From Candidatus Latescibacterota bacterium (GTDB taxonomy: Bacteria; Latescibacterota; UBA2968), in NCBI GenBank assembly GCA_965222605.1, contig OZ244960.1, positions 1,696,001 through 1,760,000 on the forward strand: a DNA stretch of 64,000 bases, in the 5' to 3' direction. Under the pieces are notes generated by a model that was given only the letters and a program-made list of their open reading frames with translations, was not told the DNA's origin and did no database searches. This document shows positions 31,232 to 40,789 of this stretch, piece by piece (the stretch's first letter is position 1; each line of letters starts with the position of its first letter). The translations under genes and the position numbers were made by a program.

Positions 31232-32368
31232 CTACTTCCAAACAGACCGCAGTGTTCGCGCCAGTTGGATCAAACTCTCCAGATTGTGTGCAGGTAAAAA
31301 ATAATCCAGATAGGGCAATGCTGTCTTCATCCCCAAACACAGGGGCTGATATCCCGGCGTGCCCAAAAGCGGATTGAGCCACATCAACTTATGCACGCGC
31401 TTTCGCAAGCGCGCCATCTCTTGCCGCATCAAATCGGGATCGCCCCTGTCCCAGCCATCGCTCACAATAATCATCACAGTGCGCGAATGCAACATATCGC
31501 GTGCAAACTGGTCGTTAAACTCGCGCAAACACCCGCCAATATCTGTTCCACCTGCCCAGTCGTGTACTGTATCAGCCACTTCCACGAGCGATTCTTCAAT
31601 GCCCTTTGTTTTCAATAGTCGCGAAATTGCGGTCATCCGCGTGGAAAACACCCCGACCTCCACATCTCGGATTTCGCGCTTGAGCGCGTAGATAAAGCGG
31701 ATTAGAAAGCGGCTATAACAATCCATAGACCCGCTAACATCACACAACAACATCAGCCTGGTTTTTTTTATGCGCCGCCGCTTCATCATCAATTCGACAC
31801 CATCAGAACCATATATCGCATTGCGCCGCCAGGTGCGCCTGAAATCCAGTTCAGCCCCCCGTTTTTCGGGCACGCGCCTGCGACTGCGGCGATTGGCAAT
31901 AATATTCACAATTTCGTGGATCACCTTTCGGGCCTGCTCAATCTCTCGATCGGACATTGCGGCCAAATCTTTTCCCATCAAAGCCTCATCGGGGCTATAC
32001 CCGACCTCCTCGGATTCGCCTTCCCCCTCGGCTTCTTCCTGCAAATCTGCGGTATCCACCACCTCATTGACATCTGCCTGAACATCGAGGTCCGGATCTC
32101 CTCCGGCCTCCGTATCGGTCAGCGTCATATCGTCGGGCAAAATCGGCCGCGCCCAGAAAGACCTGAAAACTTCGTCAAAAGTCTCCAGGTCGTCATAGCG
32201 CGACACCAGCGTTGCACGCGCAGCAGCATAAAAATCGCGCTGATTATGCATGCTAATATATCGAAAACTGTCGCACAAATCGATGAGATTGCCCGCATTG
32301 ACTTCAACGCCTGCAGTGTGCAAAGCCCTCGAAAAACCGACAACTCGTCCCAGCATAGTTCTTGGCAT
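31232..32368 (-). CDS. CoxE-like VWA-domain protein
   Basis: LCDVSGSM (MIDAS), WAGGTDIG, IVSDGWDRG, WLNPL. Confidence 0.9.
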   Translation of the reverse strand: MPRTMLGRVVGFSRALHTAGVEVNAGNLIDLCDSFRYISMHNQRDFYAAARATLVSRYDDLETFDEVFRSFWARPILPDDMTLTDTEAGGDPDLDVQADVNEVVDTADLQEEAEGEGESEEVGYSPDEALMGKDLAAMSDREIEQARKVIHEIVNIIANRRSRRRVPEKRGAELDFRRTWRRNAIYGSDGVELMMKRRRIKKTRLMLLCDVSGSMDCYSRFLIRFIYALKREIRDVEVGVFSTRMTAISRLLKTKGIEESLVEVADTVHDWAGGTDIGGCLREFNDQFARDMLHSRTVMIIVSDGWDRGDPDLMRQEMARLRKRVHKLMWLNPLLGTPGYQPLCLGMKTALPYLDYFLPAHNLESLIQLARTLRSVWK

Positions 32369-32376
32369 GTGATCTC

Positions 32377-33288
32377 CTAAACACCAATTTGTGTGCGTTC
32401 TTTTAGCAATCGAGCCTTCTCAATCAGTTGTGGCAAACCGTCTTCCTGAATTTTTTCAATATCTTCTTTATACTTCAAAACACATCCCAATGTCGCATCA
32501 ACTATATGCGGGTCCAATTCTTCAACTTTCATAGCCATCAGAGCCAGTGCCCAATCAATCGTTTCGGCAACGCCGGGTTTTTTGTAAAAATCGCGATTGC
32601 GCAACAATTGCATAAACCCGCAAACCTGTTGTGCCAATTCGTCCTGCACACCCGCCACACGCGACCGCACAATATCCATTTCTTTGCTAAACGTGGGATA
32701 GTCGATCCACAAATACAAACACCGACGCTTCAGCGCGTCGTGCAATTCGCGCGTTCGATTGGACGTAAGTACGACAAACGGCACTTGCATCGCTTTTATC
32801 GCACCAATCTCGGGAATCGTAATCTGGAAATCGGACAACACTTCCAGCAAAAACGCCTCAAACTCTTCATCCGATCGATCCACTTCATCGATCAACAAAA
32901 CCTGTTGCTTTTCTGCGCTGCCCTCAAGAGCCGCCAAAAGGGGGCGCTTGAGCAAAAAATCTTCGCGGAAAATATTCTGACCAATTTCGGCCTTGTCGAT
33001 TCCTCGCGCTTCTTCAAGCCTTAACTCCAGCATCTGGCGCGGATAGTTCCACTCGTACAATGCAGTATTGGCATCAATGCCTTCATAGCACTGCAATCGA
33101 ATCAACTCAGTATCAAAAATACTGGCCATGACTTTGGCCACTTCTGTTTTTCCAACGCCTGGTTCCCCTTCCAGAAAAATCGGTTTGCCAAGTGCCTGTG
33201 CCAAAAAAATCGTCGTTGCCAATGTGCGGTCAGTGATATACCCCTGCCCGGCAAACCGCTCCTCAACATCTTCAATAGAATTCAGCAT
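32377..33288 (-). CDS. CoxD-like MoxR AAA+ ATPase
   Basis: LEGEPGVGKT, RLQCYEG, LLIDEVDR, TSNRTRELHDALKRRC. Confidence 0.92.
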   Translation of the reverse strand: MLNSIEDVEERFAGQGYITDRTLATTIFLAQALGKPIFLEGEPGVGKTEVAKVMASIFDTELIRLQCYEGIDANTALYEWNYPRQMLELRLEEARGIDKAEIGQNIFREDFLLKRPLLAALEGSAEKQQVLLIDEVDRSDEEFEAFLLEVLSDFQITIPEIGAIKAMQVPFVVLTSNRTRELHDALKRRCLYLWIDYPTFSKEMDIVRSRVAGVQDELAQQVCGFMQLLRNRDFYKKPGVAETIDWALALMAMKVEELDPHIVDATLGCVLKYKEDIEKIQEDGLPQLIEKARLLKERTQIGV

Positions 33289-33311
33289 AATAACCTTTCT
33301 TTTTTGTACAT

Positions 33312-33821
33312 TTAGCCATACTGCGCGACCCAAATTTTTAATGCCTCTCTGGTCGTGTCAAAGGCCAGATCATTCCAGGGAATATCCCGGGGTACAAATG
33401 TAGCCACAGCCTGCGATTCAAAATTGCCCTCCAGCTTTCCGCCCACAACCCGTCCGGTATAAACAATCAGCACCACCCGCTCCCCTTCATAAGACAACAC
33501 GCCGAGCAATTTGCCAATCTCAACCTCTAACCCCACTTCCTCGCGGGTTTCGCGCACAGCCGCGACATCGGTTGGCTCACCCGCATCCACATATCCGCCG
33601 GGAAACACCCACTTGCCAAACCCGGGGTCAATATTGCGCTTGAGCAAGACAACGCCACCATCGAGAGTGACAATAACCCCGGCCGCTACCTTGGGGTCGA
33701 GATAAGCCACAAATCCACACGCCGGACAACACGGTCTCTCCCGATCTTCAACTGCTTTTACAACCAACAAAGTCCCACAGCGCTCGCAAAATTGGGCTTC
33801 GGATTTTATGCAATTGGGCAA
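33312..33821 (-). CDS. Zinc-ribbon NUDIX hydrolase
   Basis: FCERCG...CPACG...DPK; Nudix box GGYVDAGE...AAVRETREEVG; TTG start with AAGGTGG RBS (start uncertain). Confidence 0.85.
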   Translation of the reverse strand: MPNCIKSEAQFCERCGTLLVVKAVEDRERPCCPACGFVAYLDPKVAAGVIVTLDGGVVLLKRNIDPGFGKWVFPGGYVDAGEPTDVAAVRETREEVGLEVEIGKLLGVLSYEGERVVLIVYTGRVVGGKLEGNFESQAVATFVPRDIPWNDLAFDTTREALKIWVAQYG

Positions 33822-33906
33822 AGAGATCAACCACCTTACTTTTATTAATACTAAACAGTAGTATTTCAAAGGGTAAAATACATAGGGATGTGTTTCGGGT
33901 CAACGA

Positions 33907-33968
33907 AAAAGCCCCGCATTCAAATTCGGGGCAAAAAAAATGGGAACCGGGTCGCGGACCGGTTCCCA
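33907..33968 (-). terminator. Tandem intrinsic terminators downstream of phoU
   Basis: TGGGAACCGG-loop-CCGGTTCCCA + T8, then GCCCCG...CGGGGC + T4. Confidence 0.85.
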
Positions 33969-33989
33969 AGAGGGAGAATACGTCGTGCT
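33933..33989 (-). ncRNA. Candidate Pho-regulated small RNA (~57 nt)
   Basis: Pho-box-like array and TATTAT -10 upstream; ~20-nt unpaired 5' seed; strong terminator. Confidence 0.45.
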
Positions 33990-33995
33990 TTGGAT

Positions 33996-34051
33996 ATAAT
34001 ATCATTGCCGTGTTACAATCGCGTGTCGCTCGCGTGACAGTGTTCGCGACG
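33996..34051 (-). promoter_or_regulatory. Pho-box-like array and -10 downstream of phoU
   Basis: Minus-strand half-sites TGTCACG, CGACACG, TGTAACA at 11-bp period (34033, 34022, 34011), then 9 nt and TATTAT; shares CGTGTTACAAT with the pstS promoter. Confidence 0.6.
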
Positions 34052-34067
34052 AAGATACGGTGGGGAT

Positions 34068-34745
34068 TTAGCGCAATTCCTCCTTTTGATGTCTCACAAT
34101 GCGTCCCTGAACGAGATAGACGGCATTTTCGGCAATATTGGATGAATGATCGCCTATGCGCTCCAAATGCCGGGACACGAGAATAAGCAAAATTGCCTGA
34201 TCTACAGTCGAGGGAATCCCTGTGTTTAAGTACGTCAACAACTCGCGAAAAATTTGATCGCGCAAGGCATCCATTATGTCGTCAATTTGGCGCACCTTAT
34301 TGGCCAATTCCACATCGCGATTGACAAAAGCATCTAAAGCATCCTTAACCATGCGACGCGCCAACTCGGCCATTCGAGGAATATCAATCAGCGGTTTCAA
34401 TTGCGGCATCTGATTGAGCAAACGGGCGCGCTGGGCGATATTCACCGCTTGATCATTGATGCGCTCGAGATCGTAATTGATCTTCATAATGCCCGCCACC
34501 AGTCGCAAATCGCTGGCCACGGGTTGCTGTATAGCCAACAACTTCAAACACTCTTCTTCTATCGCCACTTCCCAATCGTCAATGTGATGCCCACCTTCTT
34601 CAACCACATCGGCGAGGTGATTGTCGCGATCCACAAGTGATTGCACCGCCTGTTCAATCGACTCTTCCACCGCACTGCTCATCTTCAACAGCTCACTTTT
34701 GAGGTGGTCGAGTTGTTGGTCGAGGGTACGCTCCATAATCATCAC
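34068..34745 (-). CDS. phoU: Phosphate signalling protein PhoU
   Basis: QQPVASDLR...DLERINDQAVNIA; HLERIGDHSSNIAE. Confidence 0.95.
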   Translation of the reverse strand: MMIMERTLDQQLDHLKSELLKMSSAVEESIEQAVQSLVDRDNHLADVVEEGGHHIDDWEVAIEEECLKLLAIQQPVASDLRLVAGIMKINYDLERINDQAVNIAQRARLLNQMPQLKPLIDIPRMAELARRMVKDALDAFVNRDVELANKVRQIDDIMDALRDQIFRELLTYLNTGIPSTVDQAILLILVSRHLERIGDHSSNIAENAVYLVQGRIVRHQKEELR

Positions 34746-34753
34746 TCCCGTTC

Positions 34754-35566
34754 TTAGCCAAACCGCCCCGTCACATAATCTTCGGTTTGTTTGAGCTGCG
34801 GATTGGTAAACATCGCGCCCGTCTCGGCCATCTCAACCAAACGTCCCAAATAGAAAAACGCCGTATAGTCCGAAACACGCGACGCCTGCTGCATATTGTG
34901 TGTTACAATCACAATCGTATATTGCTTTTTCAGCTCTTCAATCGTTTCTTCAATATGCCCTGTCGCAATCGGATCCAACGCCGAACAGGGTTCATCCATC
35001 AAGATCACCGAAGGCTCAACAGCAATCGCACGCGCAATGCACAATCTCTGCTGCTGGCCTCCAGAAAGCCCCAGAGCACTGTCACCGAGTCGATCTTTTA
35101 CCTCATCCCAAAGCGCGGCAGCTTGCAAACTGCGTTCCACTACCTCATCGAGTACTGCCCGCCGATTTTCACCTGCAATTCGCAAACCATAAACGAGATT
35201 CTCATAGATCGACTTGGGAAAGGGATTGGACTTTTGAAACACCATACCGACCCGGCGTCGCAGCGAAATCACATCGTATCCAGAGCTGTAAATATCGTCG
35301 TTGTCAATTTTGATCACACCCTCAATACGCACCGAATCAATCAAATCGTTCAACCGATTCAGGCACCGCAAAAGCGTTGACTTCCCGCATCCAGAAGGAC
35401 CGATAAAAGCCGTCACCTGATGCTCGGAAACCTGCATGTCAATGTCAAAAAGGGCCTGCGTTTCGCCGTAATACAGGCTCAGATTCGACACGGTGACAAT
35501 GGGATTCTGAACATCTGGAACAATTGCTTCAGGCAGTGTATTTTCAGGTTCTGCTTCAGCCATCAT
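34754..35566 (-). CDS. pstB: Phosphate ABC transporter ATPase
   Basis: [50 protein letters not shown]. Confidence 0.97.
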   Translation of the reverse strand: MMAEAEPENTLPEAIVPDVQNPIVTVSNLSLYYGETQALFDIDMQVSEHQVTAFIGPSGCGKSTLLRCLNRLNDLIDSVRIEGVIKIDNDDIYSSGYDVISLRRRVGMVFQKSNPFPKSIYENLVYGLRIAGENRRAVLDEVVERSLQAAALWDEVKDRLGDSALGLSGGQQQRLCIARAIAVEPSVILMDEPCSALDPIATGHIEETIEELKKQYTIVIVTHNMQQASRVSDYTAFFYLGRLVEMAETGAMFTNPQLKQTEDYVTGRFG

Positions 35567-35596
35567 TATTCCTTTCCCCTCTCACATCTCACCTAT

Positions 35597-37237
35597 TTAG
35601 AACGTCGCACCACCAACGCGCTTGCGAAGCCGATTGCGAACCAGAATCGCCACCAGATTCAGAGCCAGCACAATCCCTATCAGCAATAAGGTCGTCGTAT
35701 ATACCATGGGGCGAGCCGCCTCGACATTGGGCGACTGGAACCCCACATCGTAAATGTGAAAACCCAGATGCATAAACTTGCGTTCCAGATGAAAAAAGGG
35801 CCAGATACCATCCACGGGCAACGCAGGGGCCAATTTCACAACGCCAGTAATCATCAGCGGAGCCACTTCACCAGCACCCCGTGCAATCACGAGAATAATG
35901 CCCGTGAGAATGCCCGGCAGCGCGCCGGGCAAAACCACGCGTAAAATAGTCTGCAATTTGGTCGCCCCCAATGCCAGCGACCCGGCACGCACATCACTCG
36001 GCACAGTAGAAAGTGCTTCTTCGGCTGAAACAATCATCACCGGCACCGTCAGCAATGCCAGAGTTAACGACGCCCACAGAATGCCGCCAGTACCAAATGT
36101 GGGACTGGGCAATGCTTCAGAGAAAAAGAGCTGATCGATACTTCCACCAATGCCGTAAACAAAAAACCCCAGCCCAAACATACCAAAAACAATAGAAGGG
36201 ACACCCGCCAAATTATTAACCGCAATGCGAATAAATCGAACCAGAGTGCCTTGCCCGGCGTATTCGCGCAAATAGAGCGCGGCTAAGATGCCAAATGGCA
36301 CAGCCGCCAAACTCATTAGAAAAACCATCATAACAGTGCCAAAGATCGCGGGAAATACACCGCCTTCTGTATTGGACTCACGGGGTTCATGAAATAAAAA
36401 TTCCTCAACGCGCGAAAAATAAACGCTCGTTTTCCCCAAAATCCCCAGTAGGTTGGGACGATAAGCACGCACGATATCGGCTGTGGCAATCTGTCGCACT
36501 TCGCCGCCAATAAGACGCACATCTATGCGATAAGTCTCGTTGGCTGCACGCAATTGCACCAGCTGGTCGGCCAGTTGCTCATAAGCTTCCCAATAGGTTC
36601 TGCTCTCTCGGTCAATCGCGCCAATGGCATCGGCATTTCCACCACCCAATTCTATCTCGCGTTTTTTTAGGCGCAGGCTCTCAATTTGCCGATTTAAGTC
36701 GCCAATGGCATCTTCTTCAATTTGCCGAATCTGTTCGTGTCGTTCTCGTGTTTTATCCAATTGTTCTTGCAGAACATCCCAGGTGTTCGACACGCGGATT
36801 TCACCTTCGTACAGAGCTTCGATAAACCCGTAAAAATTACCCCACTCGCGCCGCTCAAAAACCACCACATCTTTGGGATAGTCCGTCGATTGAATATCCG
36901 ATTCATCGATCCATTGAAAATCGCTGCCATACACATCGCGATTGCCCACTTTGAGCTGAATGCGAAATTGCCCAGATCCCGTTCGATTCGATTCGGGAAT
37001 CTCCTGCTTGTTCCACCGTTGCCCCATCGCTTTCCGACCATCTTTGAGTATCACAGCTTCGATATCCGAGGGCCAGAAAAATCCGATGCCATTGTACAAA
37101 ACCAGCGCGATCAACCCTGTAATCATAAGCAAACAAAGCGCCAGCGCGCTGCCAGTCAACCAGATAAATGGCACACCTGTTTCCCAAATATGTGCTGAAG
37201 GGCCTCTATTCAGTAAATTTTTCACACCCATCTCCAA
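35597..37237 (-). CDS. pstA: Phosphate ABC permease PstA with a large periplasmic insertion
   Basis: PRESNTEGGVFPAIFGT, NNLAGVPSIVFG, GSLALGATK. Confidence 0.93.
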   Translation of the reverse strand: MEMGVKNLLNRGPSAHIWETGVPFIWLTGSALALCLLMITGLIALVLYNGIGFFWPSDIEAVILKDGRKAMGQRWNKQEIPESNRTGSGQFRIQLKVGNRDVYGSDFQWIDESDIQSTDYPKDVVVFERREWGNFYGFIEALYEGEIRVSNTWDVLQEQLDKTRERHEQIRQIEEDAIGDLNRQIESLRLKKREIELGGGNADAIGAIDRESRTYWEAYEQLADQLVQLRAANETYRIDVRLIGGEVRQIATADIVRAYRPNLLGILGKTSVYFSRVEEFLFHEPRESNTEGGVFPAIFGTVMMVFLMSLAAVPFGILAALYLREYAGQGTLVRFIRIAVNNLAGVPSIVFGMFGLGFFVYGIGGSIDQLFFSEALPSPTFGTGGILWASLTLALLTVPVMIVSAEEALSTVPSDVRAGSLALGATKLQTILRVVLPGALPGILTGIILVIARGAGEVAPLMITGVVKLAPALPVDGIWPFFHLERKFMHLGFHIYDVGFQSPNVEAARPMVYTTTLLLIGIVLALNLVAILVRNRLRKRVGGATF

Positions 37238-37241
37238 AACA

Positions 37242-39479
37242 TCAAATTCTGCTATACTTTTCGCGCAAATGCTGCCGCACCACTTCTGCCAGCGTATTCA
37301 CCAAAAAAGTAATCGCCGCCAGTAAAACCCCGGTCAAAAACAGCACGCGATAAAGCGTACCTTCATGAGGGGCTTCGGGAATCTCCACGGCGATATTGGC
37401 AGACATAGTGCGCATGCCATTAAAAATGGTCCAATCCAAAATCGGGGTATTGCCCGTGGCCATCAGTACAATCATCGTTTCACCCACAGCGCGGCCAAAT
37501 CCAATCATAGTCGCGGAAAAAATGCCCGGGCTCGCCGTGGGCAACACCACGCGGATAGCCGTCTGCCAGAGCGTTGCGCCAAGCGCGAGTGACCCGGCGC
37601 GCAGATGCTGCGGCACACTGGACATGGCATCTTCACAGATCGTGTAAATAATGGGCACCACAGCAAACCCCATGGCAAAGCCCACCACGAGACAGTTGCG
37701 CTGGTCGTAGCGCGTACCCGTTGTGCCGAGCAGCCAGCTTTGAAAATTGCCGCCAAACAAAAGCGATTCAGCTACCGGGCCGAGTGCAAACGACAGATAA
37801 AGCGCGAGCAACGCGATGCCCGACAGCAAAGTTAGAATCCAGAGATCGGATACTTTGTGTGCAAGATCTTCGGACACCTGCCCCCACGCCCACGCACATA
37901 TCACCACGATAATGGGCACACAAGGCAGCAACAACAGCGCACCAACAATTCTCGTTTCCAGCAGCGGTGCCAACCACAAACCAGCCAAAAAGCCCAAAAT
38001 CACGCTGGGAAGCGAAGCCATCAACTCCACTACGGGTTTGACCAGATTGCGTACGCTGGGAGAGGCAAATTCCGATGTGTAAATCGCTGCCAGAATGGCC
38101 AAAGGCAGCGCGAATAACATAGCGTAAAGTGTGCCCTTAAATGTGCCAAATATCAAAGGTACAATACTAAACTTAGGTTCAAAATCATCTGACCCACCCG
38201 TAGATTGCCACACGTAGTGAGGCTCCGTATATCCCTCGTACCACACTTTGCCAAAAAGCGTTTGCAACGTCACTTCGGGATGTGGATTTTGAAGGTCAAA
38301 ATCCGTCACCTGACCCGACTTACTCACAGTCAAAAAGCCATCCGCTTTGGGTGCGAAAGACAGGGTTTGAATGGGATCACCGCGCAATTGAAAAAATGTT
38401 TGTTCCGACGTCATGTGATGCAACGCAACCACCCCCGATACATCGCCCGATAAAAACTGTTTGTCTCGAGCAGACGACGCCAGTGCAGTCACCGCCGCCG
38501 GATGAGACCGCAAGGTGTGAATCTTCTTAAACGTCCTTTTATTGTCGCCTTCGCGCGTCCTGACGGGCATCCAGGCAGACACCTGGCCGCCTACATCGCC
38601 CACGAGGAGCGACACATCGCCCAGCACAAAGTCCAGCGCAGTCACCGCTTGATCGGAAACCGGAAAATGATCCAATAGCCTGGGCTTGGAACTCGCCCGC
38701 CCGACTTCCCATCGAAACACATCACCGCGATCTGTGCCCACCAGAACATAGCGTCCCGATTTCGCCACAGCCCCCACCCTGGCGCGCCCTTTGATGTCAG
38801 CGGTCAAATCGTATGTGCGAACAATTATTTTGCCATCACCCAAAAGACCGCGCTGTTTTTCGGAAATTCCCAAAACGAGTTGCCCGGAATCCGCAATGCC
38901 AAGTGCTGTGCTTCGGGATCCTCCATCGTGCCGAAATACGATATGCACAAGTGCCTTATCGGTTAAATCCATCGACGATTCAACAGAAAAAGACGGTGTC
39001 ACAATCCGCTTTCCCTCCGCATCGTAATCCACGGTAAATTTCACGCGGCAACTCAGCATTGTACCGTCGTTCAGCCCCAGGCCAACGTGCGTGTTATCCA
39101 GGGCGCGATAAGCCGCCCGAATGCGCCGTCCCTGTAGTTCGGGGACAGACACCGACTTTGTCACCGATTTTGTGGTCATATCCAAGAAATCAATCCCCGC
39201 TTCATGCACGACAAACATCACGGCCTGATAGGGATCAACCCCCGTACAAAGAACGGGCTGACGGTGCGAAAAATCAAAGGTATGCGCCCTGGATACGCTC
39301 GGCTTAAAAAATAGGGGATAGGACTCCATCAAAACAAAAAGGAAAATGCCCAGCACAGACAGAATCACCCCGATGCCGCCAGCAGTGATCACCCACCGCC
39401 CAGTGCGATCCATCAGACGTGCGCCTCGCGTAATACCGGGCAATTGTCGCTTTGATATTGGTTTTAACGGAAGTAACAT
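37242..39479 (-). CDS. pstC: Phosphate ABC permease PstC with an N-terminal WD40-like domain
   Basis: KPVVELMASLPSVILG, GRAVGETMIVLMATGN, NIAVEIPEA. Confidence 0.93.
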   Translation of the reverse strand: MLLPLKPISKRQLPGITRGARLMDRTGRWVITAGGIGVILSVLGIFLFVLMESYPLFFKPSVSRAHTFDFSHRQPVLCTGVDPYQAVMFVVHEAGIDFLDMTTKSVTKSVSVPELQGRRIRAAYRALDNTHVGLGLNDGTMLSCRVKFTVDYDAEGKRIVTPSFSVESSMDLTDKALVHIVFRHDGGSRSTALGIADSGQLVLGISEKQRGLLGDGKIIVRTYDLTADIKGRARVGAVAKSGRYVLVGTDRGDVFRWEVGRASSKPRLLDHFPVSDQAVTALDFVLGDVSLLVGDVGGQVSAWMPVRTREGDNKRTFKKIHTLRSHPAAVTALASSARDKQFLSGDVSGVVALHHMTSEQTFFQLRGDPIQTLSFAPKADGFLTVSKSGQVTDFDLQNPHPEVTLQTLFGKVWYEGYTEPHYVWQSTGGSDDFEPKFSIVPLIFGTFKGTLYAMLFALPLAILAAIYTSEFASPSVRNLVKPVVELMASLPSVILGFLAGLWLAPLLETRIVGALLLLPCVPIIVVICAWAWGQVSEDLAHKVSDLWILTLLSGIALLALYLSFALGPVAESLLFGGNFQSWLLGTTGTRYDQRNCLVVGFAMGFAVVPIIYTICEDAMSSVPQHLRAGSLALGATLWQTAIRVVLPTASPGIFSATMIGFGRAVGETMIVLMATGNTPILDWTIFNGMRTMSANIAVEIPEAPHEGTLYRVLFLTGVLLAAITFLVNTLAEVVRQHLREKYSRI

Positions 39480-39511
39480 AATAAGAATAGATAACCTGCA
39501 TCAAAGGCTAA

Positions 39512-40480
39512 CTACTGTAACTTCTCGAGCTCCTCTTTAACCACCTGATAGGGCACGGGCATATAGCCATCTTTCACGACAATCTCTTGCCCTTCTTTGG
39601 AAAAAATGAACTTACAAAATTCCCGCACCAGCGGATCGAGAGGTTTATTGGGCATCTTGTTGATGTACAAATACAAAAAACGCCCCAGGGGATAAGACCC
39701 ATCTATCACATTTTCTATCGTGCCCTCTCTGAAGGATTCGCCAGTTTCCAACGCCAGAGGTAGGATGCGCACGCCGGAAGTCCTGTAACCTATGCCACTA
39801 TAACCAATGCTGTACCTGTCTTCGGCCACGCCCTGTACCACCGAAGCAGACCCCGGTTGCTCTTTTACTTCATCTTTGAAATCGCCCTTAAACAGCGCGT
39901 GATCTTTGAAGAATCCATAAGTGCCCGATGCTGAATTGCGACCGTAAAGGCTGAATGCGGCATTTTTCCAATCGCCTCCCAAATCCAACTGCCCCCATCT
40001 CACAATATTTTCCTTATAATCACCGCGTCGCGTCTTGGAAAAAATCGCATCTACCTGCTGCAAAGTCAACCCCTTAATCGGGTTATCTTTATTGACAAAA
40101 ATAGCCAGTGCATCCAGCGAGGCACTCAACACTGTTGGTGGATATCCAAAATGCTCCTCAAATTTATCTATTTCCGAAGCCTTCATCGGGCGTGACATCG
40201 GCCCGAATTGCGCGGTACCTTCAATGAGCGCGGGAGGCGCAGTACTCGAACCCTTGCCCTCAACCTGAATTGTTACATTGGGATAGTACTTGCGGAAGCC
40301 TTCCAACCAAAGGGTCATCAAATTATTCATCGTATCTGACCCAATGCTATTGGCACTTCCGGAAACCCCACTCACTTTTTGATACTCGGAAACAGACGAA
40401 TCTTGCTGCGCCTGAACTGCCTGAACCGCAGCCTGGGTCAAAACAGCCACACATGCAATCATACAAATAAATCTGGTCAT
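39512..40480 (-). CDS. pstS: Phosphate-binding protein PstS
   Basis: SIGSDTMNNL, EGKGSSTAPPAL, YGRNSASGTY, GYSGIGY. Confidence 0.95.
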   Translation of the reverse strand: MTRFICMIACVAVLTQAAVQAVQAQQDSSVSEYQKVSGVSGSANSIGSDTMNNLMTLWLEGFRKYYPNVTIQVEGKGSSTAPPALIEGTAQFGPMSRPMKASEIDKFEEHFGYPPTVLSASLDALAIFVNKDNPIKGLTLQQVDAIFSKTRRGDYKENIVRWGQLDLGGDWKNAAFSLYGRNSASGTYGFFKDHALFKGDFKDEVKEQPGSASVVQGVAEDRYSIGYSGIGYRTSGVRILPLALETGESFREGTIENVIDGSYPLGRFLYLYINKMPNKPLDPLVREFCKFIFSKEGQEIVVKDGYMPVPYQVVKEELEKLQ

Positions 40481-40557
40481 TCAATCTCCCTTCTATCATG
40501 CGACTTGCACGACGTAGTGTTGTAGGGGTATAGGGTGCGAAAAATAAACCTGTATCG

Positions 40558-40597
40558 TGTTACAATAGTGTGACGAAAGCACGACATTCATGTGATA
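40558..40597 (-). promoter_or_regulatory. Pho-box array upstream of pstS
   Basis: Minus-strand half-sites TATCACA, TGTCGTG, CGTCACA, TGTAACA at exact 11-bp period (40591, 40580, 40569, 40558). Confidence 0.75.
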
Positions 40598-40713
40598 ACT
40601 CAGGTTCAAAACTTAACATATAGCGTTAGCCGGGGAACCACCTCAATAAGACATCGCTATAATGTTACAAATCACCTCCAAAACGGTTACGTTTTGAAGA
40701 CTAATATTTTTAT

Positions 40714-40743
40714 TTGACAATCTGCTCCATATCGTATTATAAT
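40714..40743 (+). promoter_or_regulatory. Sigma70-type promoter of ppk1
   Basis: TTGACA-18 bp-TATAAT. Confidence 0.65.
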
Positions 40744-40789
40744 ACCTGACATTTAACTCAATTCCGCCGCCTCTTCCCCGGAGTGTGTT

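Noticed and set aside
35597-39479. Unusually long PstA and PstC
   Set aside because: Known Pseudomonas-type architecture with extra periplasmic domains
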